A stretch of 64,000 nt of DNA from Octopus vulgaris (lineage: Eukaryota). Under the pieces are notes generated by a model that was not told where the DNA came from, did not search any database, and saw nothing but the letters and a program-made list of their open reading frames with translations. The stretch is from NCBI GenBank assembly GCA_951406725.2, contig OX597816.1:124992001-125056000 (forward strand). The letters are read 5' to 3'. Positions 50,701-64,000 of the stretch are shown one piece after another. The position numbers and the translations under genes are program-made. Each line of letters starts with the position of its first letter. The stretch's first letter is position 1.

Positions 50701-53700
50701 ATGAACATAGTATATTTTGTTGTCTTATTTTACTTTTCTACCGCATCAAGCTATCCACTGTAATACATATACATATACACGTGTGTGTGTGTGCGTTTGT
50801 GTGAATGTGTGTGTGCGTGCGTCCTTCTCTGTAAACGTATATGTGTGTCTTTTGAACCGACATTTGTCAATACGTACAAGACAAATTTTCTAAATTCTTA
50901 ATAATTACGTATTAAATAAAAGTAAGTACTATGCATAAACTAGGCTACTGATATGAAACATGAATGCCAGAAGTGTTTGACTTTGAATCGTTTTCATACG
51001 ATTTAATATTTTTTATCCTATCCTTGTTGCTCTTGTGGAAAGTATAATGAAGGTTGTACAATCAGAGAGCATTGGAATGTTTTTACTATTAAATGCACAA
51101 AACAGAGATTGGAAAAGCGGTTATGTTAAAATACTATTTTGGGTTTAAAATAAAATTTACATTAAATGAAACATCTCAATTTTCAGAGAACAGGTTTCTA
51201 GCTACAAATTACATCAGTAATCAGGTTTAGGATTTTGCTGGTAAATAGTACGTTTTATTAAATGGCATCTCTCATACACTACATTATAATTTTAAGAGAA
51301 TCTCAGTGAGCACTTCATTTTGTTAATATAAAATGTGCATATATATTTGAAGAATGATATTAAAAAGTACATCATAACATTATACGTAATTGACATTCTC
51401 TCAATGAATATTTTCTCTATAATTTTTTACACTAGTTATTTATTGCACCAAAGGTTCAATGTATTTCATTGGTGTATATTATGTATGTACGTACATACAT
51501 GTGTGTGTGTGTGTTTGTGTGTGCATGTGTGTGCGTGTGCGTTTGTGTCTGTGCCACAGTATACAGATTAACGATAACAGTGTCATATAGTTTCAAAAGC
51601 TTCTTATACGCCCACTATCCATTTGTATTATTCCTTTTATCCTTTTATGTTAAATATTCAAACATTTTTTAGAAGAATATTTGTATTATTTACGTAAACT
51701 CATAAAAGAATATACGTTATATTGACACATATGCAAATCTGTAGGCTTGATTGAATAAATATTCAATTGTGAATTTCAGATATCATAAAATTTAGAAGTA
51801 GAATGGGTATATCTACACTTATATGCACATAAGTATACATTCATTTGAAAATCCATCATAAACACGGGCATATATGATATTTATATTAATATAGCACCGG
51901 ACACAAATGATGCAATATATCTATCTGTTAGCAATTCTTGCTCCTTCTGCTAGAAGCTTTGTTGCATTCTGTCCTTATGTTTTTCTCGTTTTTCAGTTGT
52001 TCCAGTATTTGCCTTTTACCTTGAACATTACTTGAGTCTCTTCTTATGTCCCTTGTTTGTCGGCATCTCCTCTCATCTGAAGTCCGCAACAAGCATTCAG
52101 TTCAAATAAGATTCGGCTTCTCTCTGGTATTCACTTTCTAAAATTTTTTTGCTTACTTATATTTCTTTGCGTATTTAACTTGCTATTGTCTGTTGTGCAT
52201 TTGAAAACTTGTCTCTTCGCATCTTTATTCTTGTGTCGTCACTCCCTTTATTTTCTTTATTATACTCAATACTTCACTCGTCTATTTCTTCATATATTTT
52301 ATTAATATGTATCTTTTCATATATATGTCTTTCTACCTACATACATTTCTCACACATCTATATTTCATTACCCTCTCCCTTTGCATACCATTTATTTTGT
52401 GACTGTAATCTTAGTATTTTACTCTCTTTAATATCGTTTATCTCCCATCTATACTTATTTATCTAATCAATCCCTCTTCGTAATAACTATTTCTGGTACT
52501 TCCATCTCTTCCCCTCTCTCTTTCTCTTTCCCACTCTTTCTCTCTCTCTGTCTCTCTCTCTGTCTTTCTCTCTCTCGCTTTCTCTCCGTCATTAGTGATT
52601 TTTATTTTCTCAACACTTATTTTATCACGTTTACCTATCTAAATTACCCTTTCTATTGTAGGATACTATCTGTGTTCTTTCTATATTTCCTCACTTGCGC
52701 TCACTGTCTTTCCTCTCTACCTGTCCTCTCATGTTCTCACTGTCTTTTCTTTTATTCTTTCTCTCATCTTTCCATGTATTTCACTCTCTGTTCTTGCTTA
52801 CCCCCAATACTTGCCTCACCTACTAACTGAACTGTGATTACTTCTCTCTCACTCATTTACTCTTCCACAGTCAATCACCCTACAATATATTTATGTATCT
52901 AATTTGCCAACCACTACATAATATTTTCTGTCATTGTCTTCCATCAATCTCAGCACAGTTAATGCTTTTTCGTTTTACATTTCAATTACATAACAGAAAG
53001 GCAGAAAGAATCAAATAAGACACGGGAGACGTTAATTGGTATTATATATTATGGGTATAAATAAACGTATATACACGTATGAGAGGGAAAGAGAAAGGAT
53101 TGTGTGTTTGTCTGTGTGGTTTAATTGAAGCCAATACATTCATTTTTGACATGATCGTTTCAAATCCCCATGCAATATAATTACATGTAGGAGATTGTTC
53201 AGAATATTGTTCCAGTCAATTGCTCATTTTAAGTATCAATGCTGTGATAGTTTCTGGATACATATACAATATATCCATATGTATATATGTATGTATTTGT
53301 GCATAACATTATGTATAAACACAAAGATATATGCATATATATATATATATATAACAATAAACTTCCGTCCGATTTAATATGAAAAAATTGATGGAATATG
53401 AGTGAATAAACTCCACGTAAGTATTTTAAATCATTCGCGTTATAAATGCGATAAACGAGTATAATGTATTCTCAATTTTCACCATTGTCTAATCCTTATT
53501 AATGCTATAGCATATAAAATTGATGTTGTGTGGATGCCTATACTGTAATTCTGACGATTTGTTGAAATATATTGAATACCTTTCTCGTATGATGTTACAT
53601 AATTGTATTGCGTAATTACCAATCCATTCATAGAGGCGAATAGATTCATTCACAGTACACTAATAACATTTATTTTATAGATCCCAATTGGAAGAAATTA

Positions 53701-54925
53701 CAAATTATCTCCGTTATTATTGGATGTCAGAATTTTTATATGTTTAGGTGTTTAAAATGTTTGCTAATCCCTTTTCTTTAAAACAATTGGCCTGGCCCTT
53801 ATTAGACTCAGTGTTTGATGTCTTTGTTCACAGATGAATCTGTTGTTGTATATAAAATCTCTCCTGAAGGCATCGTAACACTTATATTACCACGTCTCTA
53901 ATATTTTAGAGGGCAAATTAGAAATGTTTTACTGAGTTCCCTATTTACTTAAATACGTCGACAGATACATAATATTAAATTCGATAATTAATAATTTTCA
54001 TAAGTACTAAAATTTCTATGAAAACAGTTCTCGTTATATTTTATGAAAATATTGCTCACATTAATTAAGATACTTATGCATCAAATGCTATTAGTTAAAT
54101 AACAAAAATATTAATGTATCACCCTTCACTCTCATTGAAGTATGTTTCTGCCAATTGGTAAATTTATGGCGCTTGTACTATGAAAATATTTTCTTTCCTG
54201 GCCCCACTTCACCTAAATATTGATAATAGCTATATGGGCTACATGCAACAAACGAGCTTCAGTTGTAGAAAATGATTTATCTCTCGTCTACTTCAAACAA
54301 TGCAAACCAAGCACTTCAAGCTATAGAAGAGTAATGCATGATAAATGAGTAATCGATCACACTTGTGTTAATATAATTTTCAGATCTTCACCGGTGATAA
54401 AGTCTAATCTCCATTTCTTGTATACACGCTATAGACACATTCCACTGTATCTAACTTTTCGGTGGTACCTTATCTTCACTCAGATTTACGCACTAAAATT
54501 GGTTGTATTCTCTCTGGTTGTATCTCAGTGAATCTGGCAGTAATAATTCAAAGGAATCCCTTCTTAAGTTCTTTCCTCTGTTTATTAACTAAAGCTCTTA
54601 TTTAATTCACCAATATTACAAAATACATGTTCTTCCTTTATATTATCCTTTTTATCGTCATTTACTGACCGAAGAAACTCCAGCCTATTATTAAGAACTG
54701 TGAAACTGGAAACATTATCTTATGGTCAAAACTCGGGACTTGTGAATAATGATGCACGTAAGATAATCATATATGTAAAAATAAGAACATACCACAAAGT
54801 CATTCACATATTCACAAACACCACTTCCCAGTTTATTAGTGTTAGTGTGCGTGCATATACATGTGTGTATGTGTGTGTGTGTGTGTATGCATACACAGAC
54901 ACACTACACCCATATATAAAGGAAC

Positions 54926-56117
54926 GGCGTATTTATAGCGTAAGCACATGCTAAACCCCCTCATAACTTTTTAAAAATTTTTACGGTTTTACAAAATATT
55001 CTCGATTCTGTCTGCTGCATAATGGAATTAATAGGATTATGAAAAAAAAAAAAATAATAATACCCCCCATACCCCCACAAATTTCAAAACATTCCACTGG
55101 TTTTATATATATTTTGTTTAATTTGTAGTTTTAAAATACCGACAGTCCTAAACTACCATTCGTTTCTCATTATAATTTCCAAATAATATTTTAAATACTT
55201 CAAAATCAAAATTGCGTACATATGTGTGCCGATGGTTTTCTGCGTGCTAGTTAAAAATTAAAACAGTAGTTAAAAATTAAAGACATAGATTTGAGGGGAT
55301 CTCTTATTATGATTGACTTTTATTCTATTATTCTAACATCTTCAGAAACGTATATATATACATGTATAAATGCATGCAGAAACATATATAAATATATACA
55401 CACACTCATACATTTTTACAGAATTTTATATACATTTTCGTATATATATATAAATATTTCGACATATCTACACAATTGTGTCCCAAAGATTTGCTTCTTC
55501 ATAACCTTGAGAAAATTAATATTTCTTTATGAAATTTTCTAAAAATATGTTTCAGATCGTGTAGATTCCGATTAAATTGGGATTCATTGTCCCTAAAGGA
55601 GATTTAGAAAATTCATACCATTAGGCTTTGTTGTATATATATCTGTGTGTGTATATATCTATATCTATCTAATGTATGAGTGTGTGTATATATTTATCTA
55701 TTTCTGTATGCATTTATACATGTAAATGTATAATTTTCAGAAGCTATTAGAATAATGGAATAAAAGTCAGTTATAGTAAGGGACCTCTCAAAAATCTATT
55801 TCTTTAATTTTTAACTGCTGTTCTTAGTACACATGAAAATATCGGCATACGTATTTACGTAATTTTAATTTTGAAGTATTTAAAAAATTATTTGGAAATT
55901 ATAAAGTGAAATGGATGGCAGATTTGGAGTGTCCGTATTTAAAAACCACGAATTAAAAAGAAATAGAAATACAGTGGGAAGTTTTGGAGTTGGTGGTGGG
56001 GTTTAAATTTTTTTTCATTATCGTATTAATTTCCAAAATTGAAAAAATATTGTAAAAGTCCGTAAAAATAAAAACGTTATGAAAGGTTTTAGTACGTGCT
56101 TACATCATAATCCCGCC
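54926..56117. mobile_element. Non-autonomous fold-back DNA transposon with ~450-490-bp TIRs and 8-bp TSD (Merlin- or MULE-like)
   Basis: 54926-~55413 is the approximate reverse complement of ~55672-56117. Termini GGCG...CGCC. TSD AAAGGAAC at 54918-54925 and 56118-56125. Confidence 0.88.
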
Positions 56118-57349
56118 AAAGGAACTAATAGAAAGAGAAGGTGAGAAAGTTAGAAAAACATAGTTTGTTATTTGAAGTCAATGCAGATAGAGCCAACTCT
56201 ATCAACATACAGGTGAAGGTTCGGGGTATTTAATCCTCGTAGTATCTAACACTATAACTTGGGCGTTGTGTTTTTCTTATAGAGTCAGGTGATTTATAAG
56301 CTTTTTGTCAGGCCTGCATTCTGAGAGAAGCTTCTTTATTACTTCTCACCGTTTCCTTAAACTCTAAGTCTACTCATCGACGCTTCCTATTTTCATCTAA
56401 TTAGATTATTTAAAAATTCTTCCTCAACCACCCGCGTCCTTCTTGAAAAGTTCGTTGCAGAAAGAAGCTGAGGCAATAAGTATTGTTAGAGAAAATACGT
56501 GTTACTTATTTTGATATTGAGCCCAACAATAGGCATGAGTAAAAAAAATTAATAACCGCCATGAAGATTAATAAAGCATATGGTTATTTATCTCCGTAGA
56601 ATAAACTAATATATTAAGGTTTGATAAACTGGAGTGTATTTCATATGTAACGGATATTCTGCCCTGGAACGAATTGGTATTGGATATCTATTTAATTAGA
56701 ACATATTTTATGTAACAGTAAAACAAATAAACAAACTGTAATGTTGTTCAGCACCAAGTCGATCCTTATCGAAGCACACACGATAAAAGAGTTTTCACTC
56801 ATAGCCACCGAGACTGTTATATGAGTATGTCCGACCGTAATTCTTTTCTGCCTTAGTTATCGAAATTAGCTGTACTTTTTGGCTTATAGGAAGCTTTGTT
56901 TGCAGAGGACTTTAGTGAGTGCTGAAGAGAAATGAAACAAGACGAAGTTAGTTGTTTATATCTTCACCATATATATGTTTATGTGTTTAAGCGTTATGAT
57001 CAATTTACGATAGTAAATACAATTTCTGATTCATTTTATGATTTGCAGGCTTACCAGTTGAGCTTAAATGGAACAGATAACATTGTATCATTGAAAACTG
57101 ACTATGTCATAACATAGTCTATATTCTCTCAGAACGCTGCCCTAGAGAATAGGATGTATACAAAATTATAGCAGCATCGAAAATGAATGGAGCATACACC
57201 TACTATAAAATTATGCAAAGAGTTTATTTTTAGTTGTATACAATTGGAATTTTAAGAAAACATACCTAGTATTAAAAACTCCAAGAATGATGATTCCATT
57301 ATTTTAAATTAAACATGTTATACGCAAATATTGCATGCCCATTTTTTAT

Positions 57350-58300
57350 CCTCATTGAATTTTAGTCCGCACATCAGTGAGTAATGAATGTTCAAATAAA
57401 TTGTAGGCGCCGTTGAAATAAGCAATATTATTCAAAGTACCAAAATAGTGATGATTTCTGCTTAGTAGCTGATGAAGAAATCAGGCATGCACACTTCCGT
57501 TTGTGCTTTATATTTTGTCATTAGTGTAAATTTGCTTGATGCCACTCTCTGTGCTACATATTTCAGTATATAGAATGTATGTTTTGTGTAATTAGGTGCC
57601 ATTTCTCTAATGTACATAATGGAAAGATGCCAAAATCATCTATGTACAATGGTGCGCAGTCTATCATTCGTCATCTTTATTTTCGTTTATATTTTGTGTT
57701 AACTCCAGGTACTTTTAGACAGAGACAATACATTTGTATTGGATGGGTTCCAGAATGAGTGTATGCAATGTACATCTGTATTTTACTCTTCCATCCGTGG
57801 CGACAATGTAGTGTGCTTCGATTTGTCCACATTGTAATATTCTTTGTTATAGTGTACGTTTATCTGCAAACAGTTTATATACAAATGCTATGTCCTTATT
57901 CTGGTGCACTTACATGAAAGAGTTTAAAGATTATGCTGTTATATTCTTTGGTATGATGTTGTTTAGAGCTTCTATGGACTGTTTCGTGTTTTTGTGCAAA
58001 AACGTTTGCGTTTTTTCTATCGAATATTATAAGATATTTATGTTATGACCATTTTACGTAGTGGTTGAGTTGTGCTATTGTTTGGGGAAGGTACAAAGAT
58101 TATTCAGTGGGAAGCATCAAGCAAGTGAAAAATTATACATGTATTAATACCCATCATCTGTTTCCCTTCACCCTGAGCTAGGCCTTGTAAAAGTTAAATT
58201 TATTAACGCCATTGTGACTACAGAAAATGTGTGTCCGAGCTACATCTGCAGTCTTCGACTATTTGAATCTAGAGTGATTTCTCAGTCCAAATTATACGCG
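57350..58300 (+). pseudogene. Decayed hAT (Tip100/ZMYM1-like) transposase
   Basis: QNSDDFCLVADEE..SVCA, NGA, ATSA in colinear order, resembling FSIIADET.D, YDGA and P.TSA..ERSFS. Confidence 0.4.
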
Positions 58301-58395
58301 CTATTATTTATAAGCTTTATATGTGCTTCGAGATCCACTTACAAAAACAAAATTATTTCAAGATTTTGCGAAAGTTTATAAATACTTATGGCGTC

Positions 58396-58473
<78 letters not shown>

Positions 58474-59640
58474 ATATCAGTATATACTTTCTTCAAGATA
58501 CGGTGAAAATTGAGAATACAAGTGCTTGTGGAACGTTAGGATTTTTTCCTGCATTTGCCAACGACAAGATGATATAAGAAAAGAAAATAATTTTCTTTTT
58601 TTAAATTCACTTCTTCTTGTTTGATCATACTTTTAATTTTTAAACTTCTAAACATTTTAAATATTCTGAGTGAATTGAATAACATATCGGAGATGAAATG
58701 TGAGAATTACTTCAGATTTTCAATAAGTCCTTCATTTAAAGCAAAATAATTAAATAAATGTATTATATAGCTTATAAATTATATTTTATTATATATTTTA
58801 TGTAAATTGAAGCTTAATATATAATTATGTGCATTTATTATACAAGTTATGTATATTTATTTAGGGATTTATACGTAACACGCTTGATGATAATCTTTAA
58901 TACTTATGAAATATCCATTGCTATCTTAGGTACATTTGTTGACATTTCAGACATAAAAATATTTCCAATAATAATCGAAATCGAAATCATAATATATTTG
59001 TTAATAATTTTAAATTTGTTGTTGCTGAATGTTGAATTAATGCTTAGAAAAATATAATGTTGATATATATATGTGTGTGTGTGTGTATGTGTGTGTGTGC
59101 GTGTGTGTGTGTGTGTGTGTTTTGCCTTCTTGTTACATTGTTGTTGGTTGGATCGTTGAGTGATTTCTACAGTCAAGGTTTACATCGCTTTGAGAGAACG
59201 AGGAGTTACAGAGATACAAAGCTAAACATATGAGGTGCAGTTTGAGGAAATAAGTAAGAGAACGCAATACACTGAGAATAAGAGAGAAATAAATAAAGAG
59301 AATATGTAGGAGAAGGGGGAGCAGAAAAAGAGGTATCTAACCAAGTTGTTGGGTGCAGCTGAAAAAAAGCGCTTTTCAATTAAGCTGTATTTCGGCAAAC
59401 ATATTTGCATTAATCACAAGGCATTCGGTAACTTAACATATTTTAACAAATTGTCCAAAATGAATATATCGCTACATTAATATTAATATGCTTTGCCACC
59501 ATGAGTAATAGCTACAAATAAGGTGCAAAAAGAATACTTCTGATGAAACTTCAATCAAATTACCCATGGAAGTACACTACACTTTCAAACCATCATATGA
59601 GGAGCAACATTGTGGCATGCAGGCTTGTGTACACATATAC

Positions 59641-59672
<32 letters not shown>

Positions 59673-59948
59673 GAAAATACTTTGTACGCGTATAGCGCTC
59701 TTGAGTAGTACTGGTAACATGTAACTCAGTACAACGTGTTGCATGGTCAGGTCGTCGGTGACTAAACTGTCAACCCCACTAAGCTCACTTGGTGAGGAGG
59801 TGCATTGTTGGATACACTGCAGGACGAAAACTAAGACCTGTCACAGGGCAGCAGAACTCATGTATAGTCAACGGTCATCCAGCATTACGTGTACATCAGT
59901 GTGTATGTCTGTGAGTATTTATATATATATATATATGTGTGTGTGTGA

Positions 59949-59993
<45 letters not shown>

Positions 59994-60019
59994 TTATTTT
60001 CATATTTTATATCAGCTGA

Positions 60020-60240
60020 TATTCAGCCGAAACGTTGTATTAACAACAATCAAGTTGAGGAGAAATATCCGTCAAATGTAAATAATGATAATAATAACAT
60101 CGAAAAAAACCTTAGGGATGAGAACCCAGGTTCGAAATTCCCCCAAGACACCTGACGAAGCCTAGAGGATATATCAGCCGAAACGTTGTGTTAACAACAA
60201 ACAAGATAAGGACAAATATCTGTCAAATGTAAGTAATGTA
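60020..60240 (+). mobile_element. Penelope pLTR or retrozyme-like unit with partial tandem duplication
   Basis: 65-bp direct repeats at 60023-60087 and 60174-60238 (period 151) overlapping a hammerhead motif. Confidence 0.65.
60147..60192 (+). ncRNA. Minimal type I hammerhead ribozyme motif (stem II partly decayed)
   Basis: GACAC-CTGACGA-A-gcctag...tcagcc-GAAAC-GTT-GTGTT. Stem I GACAC/GTGTT; palindromic AACGTT in place of stem III. Confidence 0.6.
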
Positions 60241-60359
60241 CGAAACATGTCATAACATTTATAGATACATCTATGTATGTATGTATGTATGTATGTATGT
60301 ATGTATGTATGTATGTATGTATGTATGTATGTATGTATGTGTGTATGTATGTATGTAGG

Positions 60360-60408
<49 letters not shown>

Positions 60409-60411
<3 letters not shown>

Positions 60412-60930
60412 TCAATAACCAGAAAAAGAGACGGTATGGGAGGCATTGATTATTAGGATCGACTAAAAAAACTCAATCTCTAATCTCTCCGACGCCGCAG
60501 GGAGCGCTGCATCATTTGTGTTATGTGGAAAATATTCCATCAATATTGCACAAATGATGTTGGCATCAATTTTAAAATCCATCCAAGACTTGGCCCCCGT
60601 GCTATCCACCTGCTACAAAAATTTAACTCGGTATACATGGGAACATTACGTCACAATTACTTCACCTCAACCGGTCCAGCTCTCTTTAATACCATGCCAA
60701 AATACGTCAACACGGAAACGGTTCCCATAAAATTCAAATGTTCACTGGACAAATTTCTTCAAAAATCCCGGACCAACCTCCTACATCCGGATATGTCTCC
60801 AACAATAATAACTCTGTGCTAGAGAGGGCTATGTTGCCCCATATACGACTAAAAGACTTCACCCGGCGGTGCTATTGAGTTAGACATGGCCTGGATCTAT
60901 ACTGGCCCAAACCTATCAAAATCATCAAAG
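60409..60930 (+). mobile_element. CR1-type LINE 3' end
   Basis: IDY*DRLKKLNL*SLRRRRER..MWKI..GPALFNTMP..FKCSLDKFL; short ATCAAA-type tail. Confidence 0.85.
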
Positions 60931-60969
60931 TTACATATGTGTGTGTAAGTGTGTATACATGTATGCTTA

Positions 60970-61004
<35 letters not shown>

Positions 61005-61147
61005 GAATATCCGAAAAGGATTCTTGAGCTGTTATCTTACTAAACTTGTCCCGGAACACAATCTCACTCGACTAAATGTGTAGCCTGTACAATCGTTGGC
61101 TGTATTCATGTGCATTTCTTCATATATTAAATCGATCAATAAGTGAT

Positions 61148-61180
<33 letters not shown>

Positions 61181-61879
61181 GTCTGTATATATTATTATGT
61201 ACATGTTTAAACATTGGTAAAATAACTTTATGAATTGGCAATTGATTAATTGGGCTTGTCAATGTTTGTGTTCGGAAACAGTTTTTATCCAATCTTGTTA
61301 TTTTAGATACACTGTGTTGTCCCCACATACATTTTCGAATTAAGCTTCTTTGTATTGACTTGCAGCCGGATTCATTTCTGTATTTGTGCCATATATACTG
61401 ACCCTTCGACAAGAATCTACATATTCAGTTACCTATGTGTGAGTTTGCGTGTGTGGGTGTATATATATATGTATATAAATATATGTATACATATGTGTGT
61501 ACGTGTGTGTGTGTGTGTGTATGTATGTTTGCAATACATATAAGTATGATAAGTAACTGTATGTAAAATAAATAAAAATATATTCGAAGTAGTTCTGTTG
61601 TTTATATCGAGGAAGCTATAAATATACATTGATTTTCTTTAATCCTGAATACATGACAAACAGGGTGAAAAATAGTAAATTCTGAAAAATAAACAAACTT
61701 CATTTTATCAATTTTTCTATTAATTTTGAAGGTAACTCATACACTGCTAGGTACCACAAATGAATATTGGTAAAACACGTCTCGGCCACAATTCTATATT
61801 CAGATATTCAGATGTCAGAATGCAATGTTTAAGGAACACCAAGTCATCTTTTGTACATGAGTTACTTAATATATATATG

Positions 61880-61918
<39 letters not shown>

Positions 61919-62078
61919 GGGGAGAGAGAGAGGGAGAGAAAGAGAGAGAGAGATAGACAGATAGATATAGATATTCATAAATATACATATATGTATGTAT
62001 GTATGTATGTATGTATATATGTATGTATGTGTATGTTCGTCCCTTCGTGTATTTCACGTTATTATATATGTAAAGGTT

Positions 62079-62116
<38 letters not shown>

Positions 62117-62875
62117 ATATTGATATTGATATATAAATGTAAGATCCAGGACTGAGCTGTAGGAAGCAAGTGTGTTTCAAGCAATTCGTAGAAGATATCA
62201 AAAAAGCAACTTTCAAGAACAATAGTGGTTTATTGGTGCGGAAGTTTATTAACTTTTTACAGTATCGAAGTACGATAAACCTGAAAATAATTATTTAAAT
62301 TTCACGGTTGACAGCCAAGATTGCCAGGTATATGAATAAAGATCCAAAAGTTGAGAAATGGAGTAGATAAAATCCGGTCCACATAGTACATCGGAAATAG
62401 TAAGTATCCAACCGAAGGGTATACTGTAGGCCAATCTCCAGGCCAAGAGTATCTTGATTATATTAAGTTTACTTTGTCATTAGCAGGCTTGTGTTAACAC
62501 ACGGAGAATTCGATCAGAATGTGTAGAAAGCACAGTTTGAGTGAAGTATATAATTGTGAAGAGAATTTATGAATATGAGAGAAGGGAACAAAAAGAATAT
62601 ATAAGGGAATGGGAGAGTTTATAAATAAAGAATTTAAGCGAGCTCGTTTCACATATGGTTTTTAATAGCGTCATTTTGGCTGGGTCAGAGAGAAAGGGAG
62701 AGAGAGGAATAGGGAGTGATATTTGAATAGGATATTGTGAGGAAAAGGGGATTTATATGATTATATATTTTTATATATCCATATCTATACATATGTATGT
62801 GTATGTGTGTACTTATATGTATGTGTGTGTGTGGGTGGGTGTGTACTTATAATACGAGGATATATATATATATAT

Positions 62876-63214
62876 CTTTTACTTGTTTCAGTCGTTCGAC
62901 TAGTCATGCTATGGCACCACATTGAAGATTTTTTCTTACGAATCGGCCCCGGTATATTTTTTTTATTCTGGTACTCGTTCTATCAGTCTTGTTGCCCGAA
63001 CCTCTATGTTAGGAGGGCGTAAACAAACCAACAACGGTTTTCAAGAGGTGAGGGACAAACACAGGCACAAAGACACACACACACATACACACGTGAAGGT
63101 TTTTTGTTAGCACAAGGCTGTAGTAGAAAGTGCTATACAAAGTGTCACGCAGTAGGACTAAAAACGGAACCATACGTTTGGGAAGTTTCTTACCACACTA
63201 CCATGGCTGCGCCT
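62876..63214 (-). mobile_element. SINE family A, degenerate
   Basis: ttttacttgtttcagtc...catgct...caaggctgtagtagaa...ttaccacac...gcgcct is homologous to 6376-6797. Confidence 0.75.
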
Positions 63215-63945
63215 ATAGTATATAATTGTCAACGCACGTCTGTTTATACAACTGACGGAATTGCATGTAAAATTCCTCATTATATCGGACCAGTTCCTTC
63301 TTTGTAGAGATTCCTCTAACTGTAGGGAGAAGAAAATGTGGGGATATCAATATATACTGGGGCAGGGCGTGTGTACCACTTGTTTGGATTGCGTATTTTA
63401 ATACCGGGAACCTTATATTAAATGAAATAATTGAATTGATATAGTATTTAGTTGGTGACAGAGAGAAGCCTATATATTTGTATAGGGTCTTTTACCGACA
63501 TGACAATTTAGGAAGACATTTATATTATTGTGCTCTAATTGACAGTATGAATGAATAGTTAAATCGTATGGAAGGCAACACGTGCTAACGCAGTAAAAGT
63601 GAATCAAATAAAAAAGCTAAAACATCAAAGTAATTATAAACCATTTCATTGCAAATATTAGGCTTTGTGATATTCTACTTAAATATAATGTGAGGGCTTT
63701 CAATTAACGTTAACGGTTTATATAAATAACTATACGCAAAAATGAAAACTGATATAGCTATAACTACCAATGTATCTATTTATCTGTCTGTCTGTATATA
63801 TATATATATATATATATACTTAGAATAACTTAGAATACATATATATATACATATATACATATACACACACACGTGCATGTCTATGTATAATATTATATAT
63901 ATATATATATGTATGTATACGTATTTACATATATATATATGTGTG

Positions 63946-64000
<55 letters not shown>

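Noticed and set aside
48020-57120. Possible splice acceptors (tttatag ~48038, ttttcag ~54384, tttgcag ~57048) suggesting host exons
   Set aside because: Downstream frames hit stops quickly or lack donors and recognisable protein. Small or non-coding exons cannot be excluded without RNA-seq.

Overview
AT-rich, microsatellite-dense eukaryotic DNA with no host protein-coding gene that I can support. The tRNA-derived SINE families and the Penelope and R4/Dong LINE content suggest a cephalopod (Octopus-like) intergenic or intronic region; this assignment is inference. Almost everything recognisable is decayed mobile DNA: Tc1 and mariner elements with intact TIRs, hAT/piggyBac/pogo remnants, R4/Dong-, CR1- and RTE-type LINE fragments, Penelope fragments, three SINE types and a long-TIR fold-back element. 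The main structure is a fully resolvable nest at 40.46-47.78 kb. An R4/Dong-type LINE is split by a full-length Mag-like Ty3/Gypsy element (5-bp TSD AAACC, ~100-118 bp LTRs, tRNA-Ser PBS present three times in tandem). That element carries a SINE in its protease and a 1.9-kb ORF1-only zinc-knuckle retroelement (9-bp TSD, no RT) inside its 5' LTR. Several degenerate minimal hammerhead-ribozyme motifs sit in short direct- or inverted-repeat units resembling Penelope pseudo-LTRs or retrozymes. All alignments and translations were done by eye.
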